Positions 27,076 to 35,890 of a stretch of 64,000 nt of DNA are shown one piece after another. How positions within the stretch are numbered: position 1 is the first letter of the stretch; every line of letters begins with the position of its first letter. The notes under the pieces were generated by a model. That model saw only the letters and a list, made by a program, of their open reading frames with translations, did no database searches and was not told the DNA's origin. The position numbers and the translations under genes were made by a program. The DNA is from Desulfobacterales bacterium (GTDB taxonomy: Bacteria > Desulfobacterota > Desulfobacteria > Desulfobacterales > UBA5852): the NCBI GenBank assembly GCA_963674755.2, contig CAXXVS010000003.1, positions 2,464,001 to 2,528,000 of the forward strand, given 5' to 3'.

Positions 27076-27432
27076 AAGAATTGACCCTTCCCGGGATCGC
27101 GGCACTACCTCTGTGATTATTGCGGCTACACCTCCCTTTCTTTTTTTAAAACGGTCTCTATCCGATTAGACCGCTTTCCAATTCGCAAAATCAAAACCGT
27201 TGTTAATGGGGTAAAAGCCGGGACGGAATAAAAGGGGCGATAGGAAAGGGCGGTGCGGTCATAGTAAGTGAAAATCACGGCCGCCGCTACGACCCCGACA
27301 ACCTCCGGCGGAATTCGGCGTCACGCCTTATAAGTTGGGGGAATACCTGGCTTATGCTGCAGGAGATCAACCTGGCGGTTTTTGCGCGTCTCACCCGAAC
27401 CGTCTGTCCATTAAAAAAGAACATATGAATAA

Positions 27433-27524
27433 TGAACTTCCCCGCCGCAAGCGGTCGGGGTATCTCTACGGGATATATTCCCAATTCGCCGCAAGCGGCG
27501 GGGAATTGACCCTTAGAGATTAAA
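27433..27524. repeat. REP-like hairpin doublet
   Basis: CCCCGCCGCAAGCGGTCGGGG and CGCCGCAAGCGGCGGGGAATT hairpins. Confidence 0.6.
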
Positions 27525-27561
27525 GAACACCGATATTTTCCGCGCAGACATCTGAAACAGG

Positions 27562-29340
27562 ATGTCGATCGCCAATTTTCCTGCAGAGCAGCCGATGTTC
27601 TCCTACGTCTTCATGAAAATCCTGGAAAACCGTGCGAACCGGTATGACCGCGGAATCGATGTCGCAAGTGGGGGGCACGCCAGCAAGATCAGAAAGTTCA
27701 TTGTGGCGCATTACGTCCGGAATGGCATTGCGATGCTGGACATCGGCTGCGGGACCGGCACCCTGGCGGTGGAAGCCGCGTTGGCGGGTGCGACGGTCGC
27801 CGGCATCGACATCTCCCGAGGAATGCTGGCGATCGCACGGCAAAAGGTCGCGCGCCGATCCCTGGAGGGAAGGGTCGCTCTCTACGAAGCGGGGGTCGTC
27901 GAGATAGACACGCTCTTCAAGACCGGTGACTTCGACCTGGTCACGTCCACGCTCGTCATGAGCGAGCTTTACCCGGCTGAACGGCGCTGGGCGCTCAAGC
28001 AAGTCCACGCGCTTCTGAAACCCGGCGGGATCCTCGTCATCGCGGCCGAGGTTTTGCCCAAGAACACCCTCAAACGTTTCCTGTATCGGCTTGTCCGCGC
28101 ACCGTTGTCGATTTTAACCTACCTGATCGCCCAAACCGGAACCAAACCGGTGGCCGGTCTCGATGCGGCGCTGACAGGGGCGGATTTCGATATCCTCGAA
28201 AGACGCTTCTCCTTCCTGGACAGCTTCACGGTGGTCGTCGCAAGAAAAGGCCGTAACCGCACGGCCGCGGCGCAGGATTTCAAAGCGCTCACGCCGGCGG
28301 GGGACATTTCCAGATTGAAGACCATTTGGGATTTCGGCGGCAGGTGGTTTCCCTGCCCGGTGGAACCAGGGCTGCGAATCATCGGCAAGCCCAACAGGGA
28401 TTCCCCGGTGCTGGTGACTGGGAATTTTCATCTGACCGTAAGGCGCGTGGAAAAATCGCTCGCCGGATTGTCGTGCTACCTGCTGGTGGCACCCACAGGC
28501 GGCATCAACGTATGGTGCGGTTCCGTCGGCGGCGAAATGACGGCGCATTCCGTCATCTCCGCGGTCACGACGAGCGGCATTGCCGGCATGGTCGCTCACC
28601 GGCGGATCATCCTGCCCCAGTTGTGTGCCCCCGGCGTCGACGTGACGTCCGTGCACGCCCAAACCGGTTGGCACGTCGTTTTTGGCCCTGTGTATTCCGA
28701 AGACATCCCGGCTTTCCTGGAAACGGGAAACCGGCACGCGCCAAATGCCGCCGCCCGGTTTTCCCTGCCCTTCCGTCTGGAAATGCTATTCTCCATGAAT
28801 TTCCTCGTCTGGCTGGCAGCAGCGCTCGCGTTCTTGGTGTTCAACAGTACCACCGCCCTCTACTTTTCCGCCGTATTCTGGGGGTCCGCTTTGCTGCTCT
28901 ACGCAGCCTACCCGCTGATCCCGGGGAGAAGCGGTTGGATCAAGTCACTGCTGATGGCCGTGGTTGTGTCCGCCGTCATCTTTCTCGGCCGGGCACACGT
29001 CTCGCATTGTGCCGGATGGATTGTTGTGACGGTTTTCGTCAACCTCTGGCTGGGTTTCGACCTGCGCGGCATTGTCAGTGGAGACACTTCGGAAGCGGTG
29101 CTGCTGCTCAACAAACTGCACATCGGCTCTTTCGGGAAATTGCACAAAGCCAGCTCAAAAGAATCGCTGTCGGTACGTTTGGATTACGACCGCTGCACGG
29201 TTTGCGGGCTGTGCGTCCGCCTGTGTCCAGCGAACGCCTTGAGCGAAAAGGATCGCCGCATCACACTGGAACAACCGAAGTGCATGAAATGCGGGGCTTG
29301 CGTGAAACAGTGTCCCGTCGACGCTTTGCGATTCGAATGA
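27562..29340 (+). CDS. Fusion of a class I SAM methyltransferase, an HgcA-like corrinoid/TM region and a 2x[4Fe-4S] ferredoxin
   Basis: LDIGCGTG; SPVLVTGNFHLT...GGINVWCGSVGG; RRIILPQL; about 4 TM helices; CTVCGLCVRLCP and CMKCGACVKQCP. Confidence 0.85.
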   Translation: MSIANFPAEQPMFSYVFMKILENRANRYDRGIDVASGGHASKIRKFIVAHYVRNGIAMLDIGCGTGTLAVEAALAGATVAGIDISRGMLAIARQKVARRSLEGRVALYEAGVVEIDTLFKTGDFDLVTSTLVMSELYPAERRWALKQVHALLKPGGILVIAAEVLPKNTLKRFLYRLVRAPLSILTYLIAQTGTKPVAGLDAALTGADFDILERRFSFLDSFTVVVARKGRNRTAAAQDFKALTPAGDISRLKTIWDFGGRWFPCPVEPGLRIIGKPNRDSPVLVTGNFHLTVRRVEKSLAGLSCYLLVAPTGGINVWCGSVGGEMTAHSVISAVTTSGIAGMVAHRRIILPQLCAPGVDVTSVHAQTGWHVVFGPVYSEDIPAFLETGNRHAPNAAARFSLPFRLEMLFSMNFLVWLAAALAFLVFNSTTALYFSAVFWGSALLLYAAYPLIPGRSGWIKSLLMAVVVSAVIFLGRAHVSHCAGWIVVTVFVNLWLGFDLRGIVSGDTSEAVLLLNKLHIGSFGKLHKASSKESLSVRLDYDRCTVCGLCVRLCPANALSEKDRRITLEQPKCMKCGACVKQCPVDALRFE

Positions 29341-29361
29341 AGGGCAATAAACCGGACAGGA

Positions 29362-30267
29362 ATGAAAATGAACCTAAAACAAGAAACGCGTCGACCGCAA
29401 AACCTTCACATCATACCACGCAAGATGGATTTTGACTTTGCCGCGTCATTAAGGAACAGTTGTTATTGGAATGATAATAATGCGGTATCAGCGCATTTTA
29501 TCAATGCCCTTCAGGACACCTTCCCCGAAGGAGAACGCTTTTTTATGGATGCCGCCCGCCAAGCTGCCAAAATTCTGCACCAAAAAGGATTGTTGGATCA
29601 AGAGCTTGAACAGGATCTGCAGGCCTTTTCCATGCAGGAGGCCTCACATGGCTGGCTCCATCATAAATGGTCGCAGGCATTGATTGAAAGCGGATATGCC
29701 AGGTTAGCCGACTATGGCGATCAGCTTCACAGGGCGCACCTCTGGCTAAACCGGTATTTGCCTGTCAAAATGCGTCTTTCGATTACAAGTGCGGCCGAAC
29801 ATTACACCGCTTCAATCGCCTATATGCTGGTGCATATCAAACCCGAGTTGATTACGCAGTCCACCTCCCCCTTTAAAGATATGTTGCTCTATCACGCCAT
29901 GGAAGAACTTGAGCATAAAAGTGTTTGTTTTGATTTGTATCAGAAGTTATCGGGAAATTATCTCTTACGGCTGTTTGGTCTATTGTTCATCACCGTTGAT
30001 CTTTCAACACTGGTTTTTATGCGCTATCACTATTTAATGCAAAAAGACGGACTTTGGGATGTGAGACACCGGAAGTTGGCATGGCACTTTCTTTTCGGCC
30101 CTAACGGGTTGATTAAATCGATGTGGCCGAGAATCAAAAGTTATATGAAACGTTCTTTTCATCCCTGGCAAACCGATGATCGCCATGAAATGGAATCCGC
30201 TTTTGGTGATTTTATCAGAACATTAGAAATCGTGCCTTTCGAATATTCGTCAGGGCCTCCTGAATAA
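29362..30267 (+). CDS. Predicted metal-dependent hydrolase
   Basis: FPEGERFF, QEASH, EHYTA and HAMEELEHKSVCFDLY motifs. Confidence 0.88.
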   Translation: MKMNLKQETRRPQNLHIIPRKMDFDFAASLRNSCYWNDNNAVSAHFINALQDTFPEGERFFMDAARQAAKILHQKGLLDQELEQDLQAFSMQEASHGWLHHKWSQALIESGYARLADYGDQLHRAHLWLNRYLPVKMRLSITSAAEHYTASIAYMLVHIKPELITQSTSPFKDMLLYHAMEELEHKSVCFDLYQKLSGNYLLRLFGLLFITVDLSTLVFMRYHYLMQKDGLWDVRHRKLAWHFLFGPNGLIKSMWPRIKSYMKRSFHPWQTDDRHEMESAFGDFIRTLEIVPFEYSSGPPE

Positions 30268-30332
30268 TCAATTTCGCTTCGCAGGTCGGCTATTTTCAGC
30301 CCTTTCATGGATGTCAGGGGTAAACGCGTAAT

Positions 30333-30420
30333 GGGGCCAAGTCTGCCCATGACCCAATTACAAGGTGAGTCATGAGCGGACTTGACCCCAAGAATCCTGA
30401 GCAGACTTGACCCCAAGAAT
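30333..30420 (+). repeat. Palindromic element P8 (30333-30389, short-loop variant) plus duplicated right arm
   Basis: Loop ATTACAAGG as in P7; a second TGAGCAGACTTGACCCCAAGAAT at 30398-30420. Confidence 0.95.
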
Positions 30421-30450
30421 CCTCAAGAATCCACAATATCAGGAACTTAG

Positions 30451-30464
30451 CTTGGTCCGACCCC
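30451..30464 (+). mobile_element. Putative right end of the RAYT-like element
   Basis: CTTGGTCCGACCC is the exact reverse complement of the left end at 23613-23625. Confidence 0.6.
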
Positions 30465-30655
30465 AGCTGCCCCCTTTTTGATGAGAAAGATCTTAAGTTT
30501 GCCGTTCTCCAGCCGATATTGCTATTCAAATATATCATTCTGGTTTGAATTCCGACAGTGCTTCCTTGGGCACTTCCGTGAATGATCCGTCTTAGTTGAA
30601 ATACATTGCAACATGGAGAATGGCAAACCAGGCAGTTATTGAAGAAAGGAGAAGT

Positions 30656-31792
30656 ATGTTTAACAAACTGTCATTTCAAAAGAAAATCGGATTCGGATAC
30701 ATCCTAACCGCCCTCGGGATCGTTGCCGCCGCCTTGCTGCAGAACCCGGTTGCCTGGGATATTTCCATGTTGTTGGCAGTGGTTTTCGGGGTCATCGCCT
30801 ATCGTACGGCTTCCGCCCATCAGAGGCGGATGTACTACTTGGAAGGCACTTTAGATGCGGTTCAGTTGCCCATTACCGTCACCGACATGGATATGAAATG
30901 GGTCTTTGTCAACAAAGTAACGGAAAGCCTGCTGGCAATGAACAATCTGGACAAGCAAAGCTGTCTGGGTAAACACTGCTCCAACTGGAAAGCGGATATC
31001 TGCGGGACTGAGAATTGCGGGATCGCCAGCCTTCGAAATGGCATCCCCCAAACCAACTACAACCAGGAATACCCGGACAAGCCCAGCACCTACATGCAAG
31101 TGGACACCAGCTATATTCAGGACAAAAATGGGAAGAACATCGGTCATGTAGAAATCGTCACCAACATCGACGCCCAATACCGGCTTCAAAACACAGTGGA
31201 GAATCTCGCGGCATCAATGGAAGAGACATCCGCATCTTTGGAGGAGATTTCGGCGGTGACGAAGAGCACCGAAGCAACCACAGCCGATGTCGACCGTCTC
31301 ATGCAGAAGGCCGGTCAAACCGTTACCGTCGTCAGCCAAGCCATGGACGACTTGACCCAATCCATGAACAATATCAAAAATGCCAGCGAGGAAACCTCAG
31401 AAATCATCAAAACCATTGATGAGATCGCATTCCAGACCAATTTGCTGGCATTAAATGCCGCCGTGGAAGCCGCCAGGGCCGGAGAGGCGGGAGCCGGTTT
31501 TGCCGTGGTTGCCGACGAAGTAAGGAATCTGGCCATGCGGGCCGCCGAAGCGGCCAGGAATACGGCGGAATTGATCGAAAGCACGGTGAAACAGATAAAT
31601 GACGGTCATAACCAGGTTATTGTGAACAATGACAATTTCAGCAAACTGTCAGAAGTCATTGACCAGACCACGGAGCAGTTCGGCACCATCTCAACTTCAG
31701 CCCGGGAGCAATCACTTGGCATTGAACAAATCAATGTAGCTGTCGCACATGTGGAGCAGGTGCTTATGGAGAACAGCGGTGGCGGTTCATAA
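30656..31792 (+). CDS. Methyl-accepting chemotaxis protein with a PAS domain
   Basis: [47 protein letters not shown]-terminal TM segments and PAS. Confidence 0.92.
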   Translation: MFNKLSFQKKIGFGYILTALGIVAAALLQNPVAWDISMLLAVVFGVIAYRTASAHQRRMYYLEGTLDAVQLPITVTDMDMKWVFVNKVTESLLAMNNLDKQSCLGKHCSNWKADICGTENCGIASLRNGIPQTNYNQEYPDKPSTYMQVDTSYIQDKNGKNIGHVEIVTNIDAQYRLQNTVENLAASMEETSASLEEISAVTKSTEATTADVDRLMQKAGQTVTVVSQAMDDLTQSMNNIKNASEETSEIIKTIDEIAFQTNLLALNAAVEAARAGEAGAGFAVVADEVRNLAMRAAEAARNTAELIESTVKQINDGHNQVIVNNDNFSKLSEVIDQTTEQFGTISTSAREQSLGIEQINVAVAHVEQVLMENSGGGS

Positions 31793-31974
31793 AAGCGGCT
31801 ACCAGAGGCGGCGTAGAAGTAATGGCCTATGGATGGAGAATGCCAAAGGCAAGCACAACAAATATCGATGTCTTTGCAGATCTCCATTTTGGTAGCCATA
31901 CGACATGTAGTGCTTATGGTATTCTGACAAATTTTTCAGGTAGCTCCAACGTACCGCAACCAAGGAACTTATAA

Positions 31975-32035
31975 GGGGCAGGTCTCAACATCTGACATGT
32001 TTTTATGCCCCGTGTTAGATGTTGAGACCTGCCCC
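31975..32035. repeat. Related 61 bp palindrome
   Basis: GGGGCAGGTCTCAACATCTGACA / TGTTAGATGTTGAGACCTGCCCC. Confidence 0.85.
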
Positions 32036-32116
32036 CCACATTCCATGCCCCCCCCATTCCACTTGCTGGAGTTGCCCGCGACCGGCACCTAAGTCATCCA
32101 AAGGAAGTGTACAACG

Positions 32117-32314
32117 ATAATAGAAGCTGTTCGTGCTGCATTGCGAGAGTGCTCTGATAAATCGCACGCCAAAGTACTCCAGCGTTTTTTCAAGACCGGT
32201 CCCGGTGAATACGGGGAAGGCGACCAGTTTATAGGCGTCCGGGTCCCTGCAATGAGGAGCGTTGCGCGAAGATACCGGGACTTGTCCTTGACCGACAGGC
32301 TCAACAGTATTTGA
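32117..32314 (+). pseudogene. Truncated DNA alkylation repair (AlkD-like) gene
   Basis: [24 protein letters not shown]; start codon decayed to ATA, followed by an early stop. Confidence 0.78.
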
Positions 32315-32431
32315 AAGGTACGATCAAAGGCCGGAAGTAGAAAACTGAAATTCAGCAATCACCAGGAAGCGGCTGTCCATATTTTGCGCCAGATCGATGT
32401 TCCGTTACATTCCACATCGACTGGTGAGTAT

Positions 32432-32493
32432 ACATAGCAATGCGTTTGGGTGGGACGCTCGCTTCGCTGGCGTCCACAACTTTAATGTTAGAA
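32432..32493 (+). other. Degenerate attC site
   Basis: ACATAGC...GTGGGACGC-TCGCTTCGCTG-GCGTCCAC...GTTAGAA. Confidence 0.6.
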
Positions 32494-32845
32494 TTACTCA
32501 AAAGTAAATATGAGAATCGATTACGAAAAGGCAAAGCTATCAGATTGTGAAGAAATTTATACCGTTAGGGCATCAACATTTTGCAAAATCAGCCTATGCA
32601 AAAATTATCTGCCAGCTATGACAGAGGTTTGTCGTTGTGGGTTAGACTCAGACGACCACTTTCCGAAAATTGCAGCGTAATCGTGTCATAATGTTTGCGG
32701 ATTAACTCTGATCCCAAAAGCTGACGCTTTTTTCCCAGGTTAAGCAGAAGCTCTTGTTGAAGTCCGCCTGCGGTCGGCAATGCTGGAGAAGGGGCAGCGC
32801 CTCCTTTAGCCCCCTGGATGGCCTCACAGCCGGTTTAACAGTATT

Positions 32846-33415
32846 TTAGATCCTTCCGGCCGCTACATTCCGGAATACCTGCATGTAAAAATGTTCGCCG
32901 GCCTCTACAAACTGCTGTGGCGCGAATGGCAGTTTCCGGATCAGTTCCTCTGGCGAGGACCGCCTTTCGATGGGAGGGCCGAAAGGCGTTTCCTCTTTGT
33001 TTAGATTGACAATGGCCAGCCTCGCCGCCGGCCTTAAAATCCGCTTCACTTCCTTCACGAAGCCCTCGATGCGGGCCTCGGAAAAAATGTGGAATACGGC
33101 CGACAAGTAGACCAGGTCGATGGAAGCGTCTTCCAGCACGGTTGGCCTGGTGATATCTCCCACCAGAACCTCGATATTGGTGTTTTCGACGTCTTTTCTG
33201 AGGTTGGCGATGAACCCCTCATTATTGTCAAGGGCATAGACCTTTCCGCCGGGTCCCACCCGCTGCGAAAATTTTAGCGCCATATAGCCGCTGCCACAGC
33301 CCGCATCAAGAATGGTCTGCCCGGCACCAATGTCCAAACAGGCCAAGATCCGTTCATCGTCTAACAACCCCTCTGAAAATTTGCGTGTCTTTTGCATGTT
33401 ACGAATCCATCCCAA
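32846..33415 (-). CDS. Class I SAM-dependent methyltransferase
   Basis: ILDAGCGSG, VYALD and TPFGPP motifs. Confidence 0.88.
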   Translation of the reverse strand: MGWIRNMQKTRKFSEGLLDDERILACLDIGAGQTILDAGCGSGYMALKFSQRVGPGGKVYALDNNEGFIANLRKDVENTNIEVLVGDITRPTVLEDASIDLVYLSAVFHIFSEARIEGFVKEVKRILRPAARLAIVNLNKEETPFGPPIERRSSPEELIRKLPFAPQQFVEAGEHFYMQVFRNVAAGRI

Positions 33416-33421
33416 TATACT

Positions 33422-33556
33422 TGGTCTTCATATAGCCCATAAGGACAATATATGGTCTATATACGGATCAATTTTACCTTGACGATCTAATTAAAATGCA
33501 TTATCAATGGTTCACTGAAAGATCATTAGGCTGCCTTATGGTCTATATGTGAACCA
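33422..33556. promoter_or_regulatory. Four 18 bp imperfect palindromes (putative antitoxin operators)
   Basis: TGGTCTTCATATAGCCCA, TGGTCTATATACGGATCA, TGGTTCACTGAAAGATCA and TGGTCTATATGTGAACCA upstream of the HTH gene. Confidence 0.6.
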
Positions 33557-33567
33557 AAGAGATAGGA

Positions 33568-33906
33568 ATGCCAAAATCTGTCACACGCACATACTCACGT
33601 TATAGCCGCGACGCGGTTTCCCTGCTCGGCGCATTGATTCGCGAAGCGCGCAAGGAGCGCAGGATTACCACACAGGAGTTGGCTGATCGTGCCGGTATTT
33701 CCAGAGGATTGCTACAACGCATCGAAAAGGGCAACCCCAAATGTGAAATCGGCGCCGTGTTCGAAGTGGCAACCATTGTGGGCGTCAAACTGTTTGATGC
33801 CGATGAAAGCACACTGACGAATTCCTTGCGTCAAACCAGGGGAAAACTGGCGCTTCTACCCAAATCTGTTCGCAAGAAACCCAAAGCGGTGCACGATGAC
33901 TTCTAA
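33568..33906 (+). CDS. XRE-family HTH protein, HipB-like antitoxin
   Basis: TQELADRAGISRGLLQRIEKG; overlaps the hipA start. Confidence 0.88.
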   Translation: MPKSVTRTYSRYSRDAVSLLGALIREARKERRITTQELADRAGISRGLLQRIEKGNPKCEIGAVFEVATIVGVKLFDADESTLTNSLRQTRGKLALLPKSVRKKPKAVHDDF

Positions 33907-35155
33907 GCCGGAGAAAGAAGCCTTCGTCTGGATATGGCTGCCGGGCGAAACTGAACCTGTCGTGGCCGGACGGCTTGAAGCCGACAACGGCAATATTTTG
34001 TTCAACTATGGTAAAAGCTATCTGAATCGTATCGGCGACACCAACCCTGCGATAGCCATCTACGAACCTGAATTGCCGCTAAAGGGGGGGGGGCTGCCCT
34101 TGCCCGAGGGCTTGGTCATGCCCGGCTGCATCAGGGATGCCGCGCCCGATGCGTGGGGCCGGCGTGTGATTATCAACAAGATGTTCGGGCTCAAAGGCGC
34201 CGGCACAGATACAGCCGTGCTGGATGAACTGACCTTCCTGCTGGAGTCTGGCTCGGACCGGATCGGTGCGCTCGATTTTCAGCGCTCCCCCACAGAATAT
34301 GTGCCGCGTACCGCAGACAATGTCGGCATGGAAGCATTAATGGCATCTGCGGAAAGGGTCGAAAAGGGCTTGCCCCTTACACCTGAGCTGGATCAGGCTT
34401 TGTTCCATGGCAGCTCAATTGGCGGCGCTCGCCCCAAAGCTTTAATTCAAGACCAGGGCCAAAAATACGTGGCCAAGTTTTCTTCCAGCACCGATCTGTA
34501 CAGCGTCGTTAAAGCTGAATTCATCGCCATGCGGTTGGCCCGATTGGCGGGGTTGAATGCTGCGCCCGTAAAGTTGGTCAAGGCGGCCAACAAAGACGTC
34601 CTCCTGATCGAGCGCTTTGACCGCGTGCCGAAAGGTGACAAGTGGGCGCGAAAGGCCATGGTCTCCGCCCTAACGCTTTTTCAATTGGATGACATGATGG
34701 CGCGGTACGCCAGTTATGAAACGCTATCCGAAATTATCCGCCACCGTTTTGCCGATCCGAAGCATACGCTGAAAGAGCTGTTCTCGCGGCTCGTCTTCAA
34801 TATCCTGTGTGGCAATACCGACGATCATGCGCGGAATCATGCAGCCTTTTGGGACGGCAAATCGTTGACCCTGACACCTGCTTATGACATTTGTCCGCAA
34901 GGCCGTGCAGGCAATGAGGCTTCACAGGCCATGCTGATATCTGGCAACAAGAATCTTAGCCAACTCAAAACCTGCCTTGAAACGGCGCATAACTTCCTTC
35001 TTTCCGCGGAGGAAGCCCGCGACATATTTGGCAGCCAAATTTCCGTAATCGAACAAAATTGGGACGCCGTCTGTGAGAATGCTGAGCTGACTAGAGTGGA
35101 TAAGCGACTTTTTTGGAGACGACAGTTTCTAAATCCCTATTCGGTCGAGCAATAG
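33896..35155 (+). CDS. hipA: HipA-family kinase toxin
   Basis: PDAWGRR, SIGGARPKA, GNTDDHARNH and LTPAYD motifs. Confidence 0.92.
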   Translation: MTSKPEKEAFVWIWLPGETEPVVAGRLEADNGNILFNYGKSYLNRIGDTNPAIAIYEPELPLKGGGLPLPEGLVMPGCIRDAAPDAWGRRVIINKMFGLKGAGTDTAVLDELTFLLESGSDRIGALDFQRSPTEYVPRTADNVGMEALMASAERVEKGLPLTPELDQALFHGSSIGGARPKALIQDQGQKYVAKFSSSTDLYSVVKAEFIAMRLARLAGLNAAPVKLVKAANKDVLLIERFDRVPKGDKWARKAMVSALTLFQLDDMMARYASYETLSEIIRHRFADPKHTLKELFSRLVFNILCGNTDDHARNHAAFWDGKSLTLTPAYDICPQGRAGNEASQAMLISGNKNLSQLKTCLETAHNFLLSAEEARDIFGSQISVIEQNWDAVCENAELTRVDKRLFWRRQFLNPYSVEQ

Positions 35156-35346
35156 GCATTACCTTTCACAGATCTTTTTTCCCCTTCCCGGATTGCAGCA
35201 TTCGGAAAGTCGCATCGGTCAAAACGATCGACGCCCCGATGCGGATAATATGAGATTTAAGGGAATCATCGAGAAGGGATCCGTCCTGCTGCTACGACCT
35301 GGAACGTTGCGGCACAGGCCGCCCGGGCCCCATCAAGCCAAAGCAT

Positions 35347-35829
35347 ATGAAAATTAGAAAAGCATCGGCAGCCGATAAAGAGAAGCTTTCCAAAATGCAC
35401 ATTGCATCCATCCGGAAGCTGTGCGCTGGTCATTATACCCGCCAGCAGATAGACGCCTGGACCGGTGTCCTTGTCCCCTCGGTTTACGAACAGGCATTGC
35501 AGGAAAAGGTGGTCTTGACGGCCTGCGATTCGGGCGAGGATCTGTCGGGGCTCGGGATTCTGGACATTGAAAATAAAGAGCTCAGTACGGTCTATGTTCA
35601 TCCTGATGCCGTCGGAAAGGGTGTTGGATCAGGACTTCTTGAGGTGCTGGAGACGATCGCGCGCAAGAGCGGTCTCATTGACATCACGGTCCATGCCACC
35701 CTCAATGCCAAGGGGTTCTACCGGGCGCACGGCTATTTAGAGCAGGAATTGACGGCGCACCATTTGCCGGACGGGACCAAGCTTGCGTGCAACCGAATGG
35801 TCAAGACGCTGCCGAAGCATGCGGGATGA
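35347..35829 (+). CDS. GNAT-family acetyltransferase
   Basis: YVHPDAVGKGVG and NAKGFYRAHGY. Confidence 0.88.
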   Translation: MKIRKASAADKEKLSKMHIASIRKLCAGHYTRQQIDAWTGVLVPSVYEQALQEKVVLTACDSGEDLSGLGILDIENKELSTVYVHPDAVGKGVGSGLLEVLETIARKSGLIDITVHATLNAKGFYRAHGYLEQELTAHHLPDGTKLACNRMVKTLPKHAG

Positions 35830-35890
35830 CAGCATAGGTGGTGAGGCAAGGCCCCCGCATGTCGGGTGCTGCACTCATTTAGGTATGAGT

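Noticed and set aside
27562..29340. Calling the fusion a bona fide hgcAB mercury methylase
   Set aside because: The cap-helix motif deviates (CGSVGG), the HgcB C-terminal cysteine pair is absent, and fused forms are not established methylators.
11141..30420. P palindromes as a CRISPR array
   Set aside because: The repeats are 57-62 bp and separated by 0.3-6.6 kb of gene-bearing DNA rather than ~35 bp spacers; no cas genes are present.
11141..30420. P palindromes as attC sites or simple terminators
   Set aside because: They lack RYYYAAC/GTTRRRY ends and U-tracts, and several lie upstream of or within truncated genes rather than after stops.
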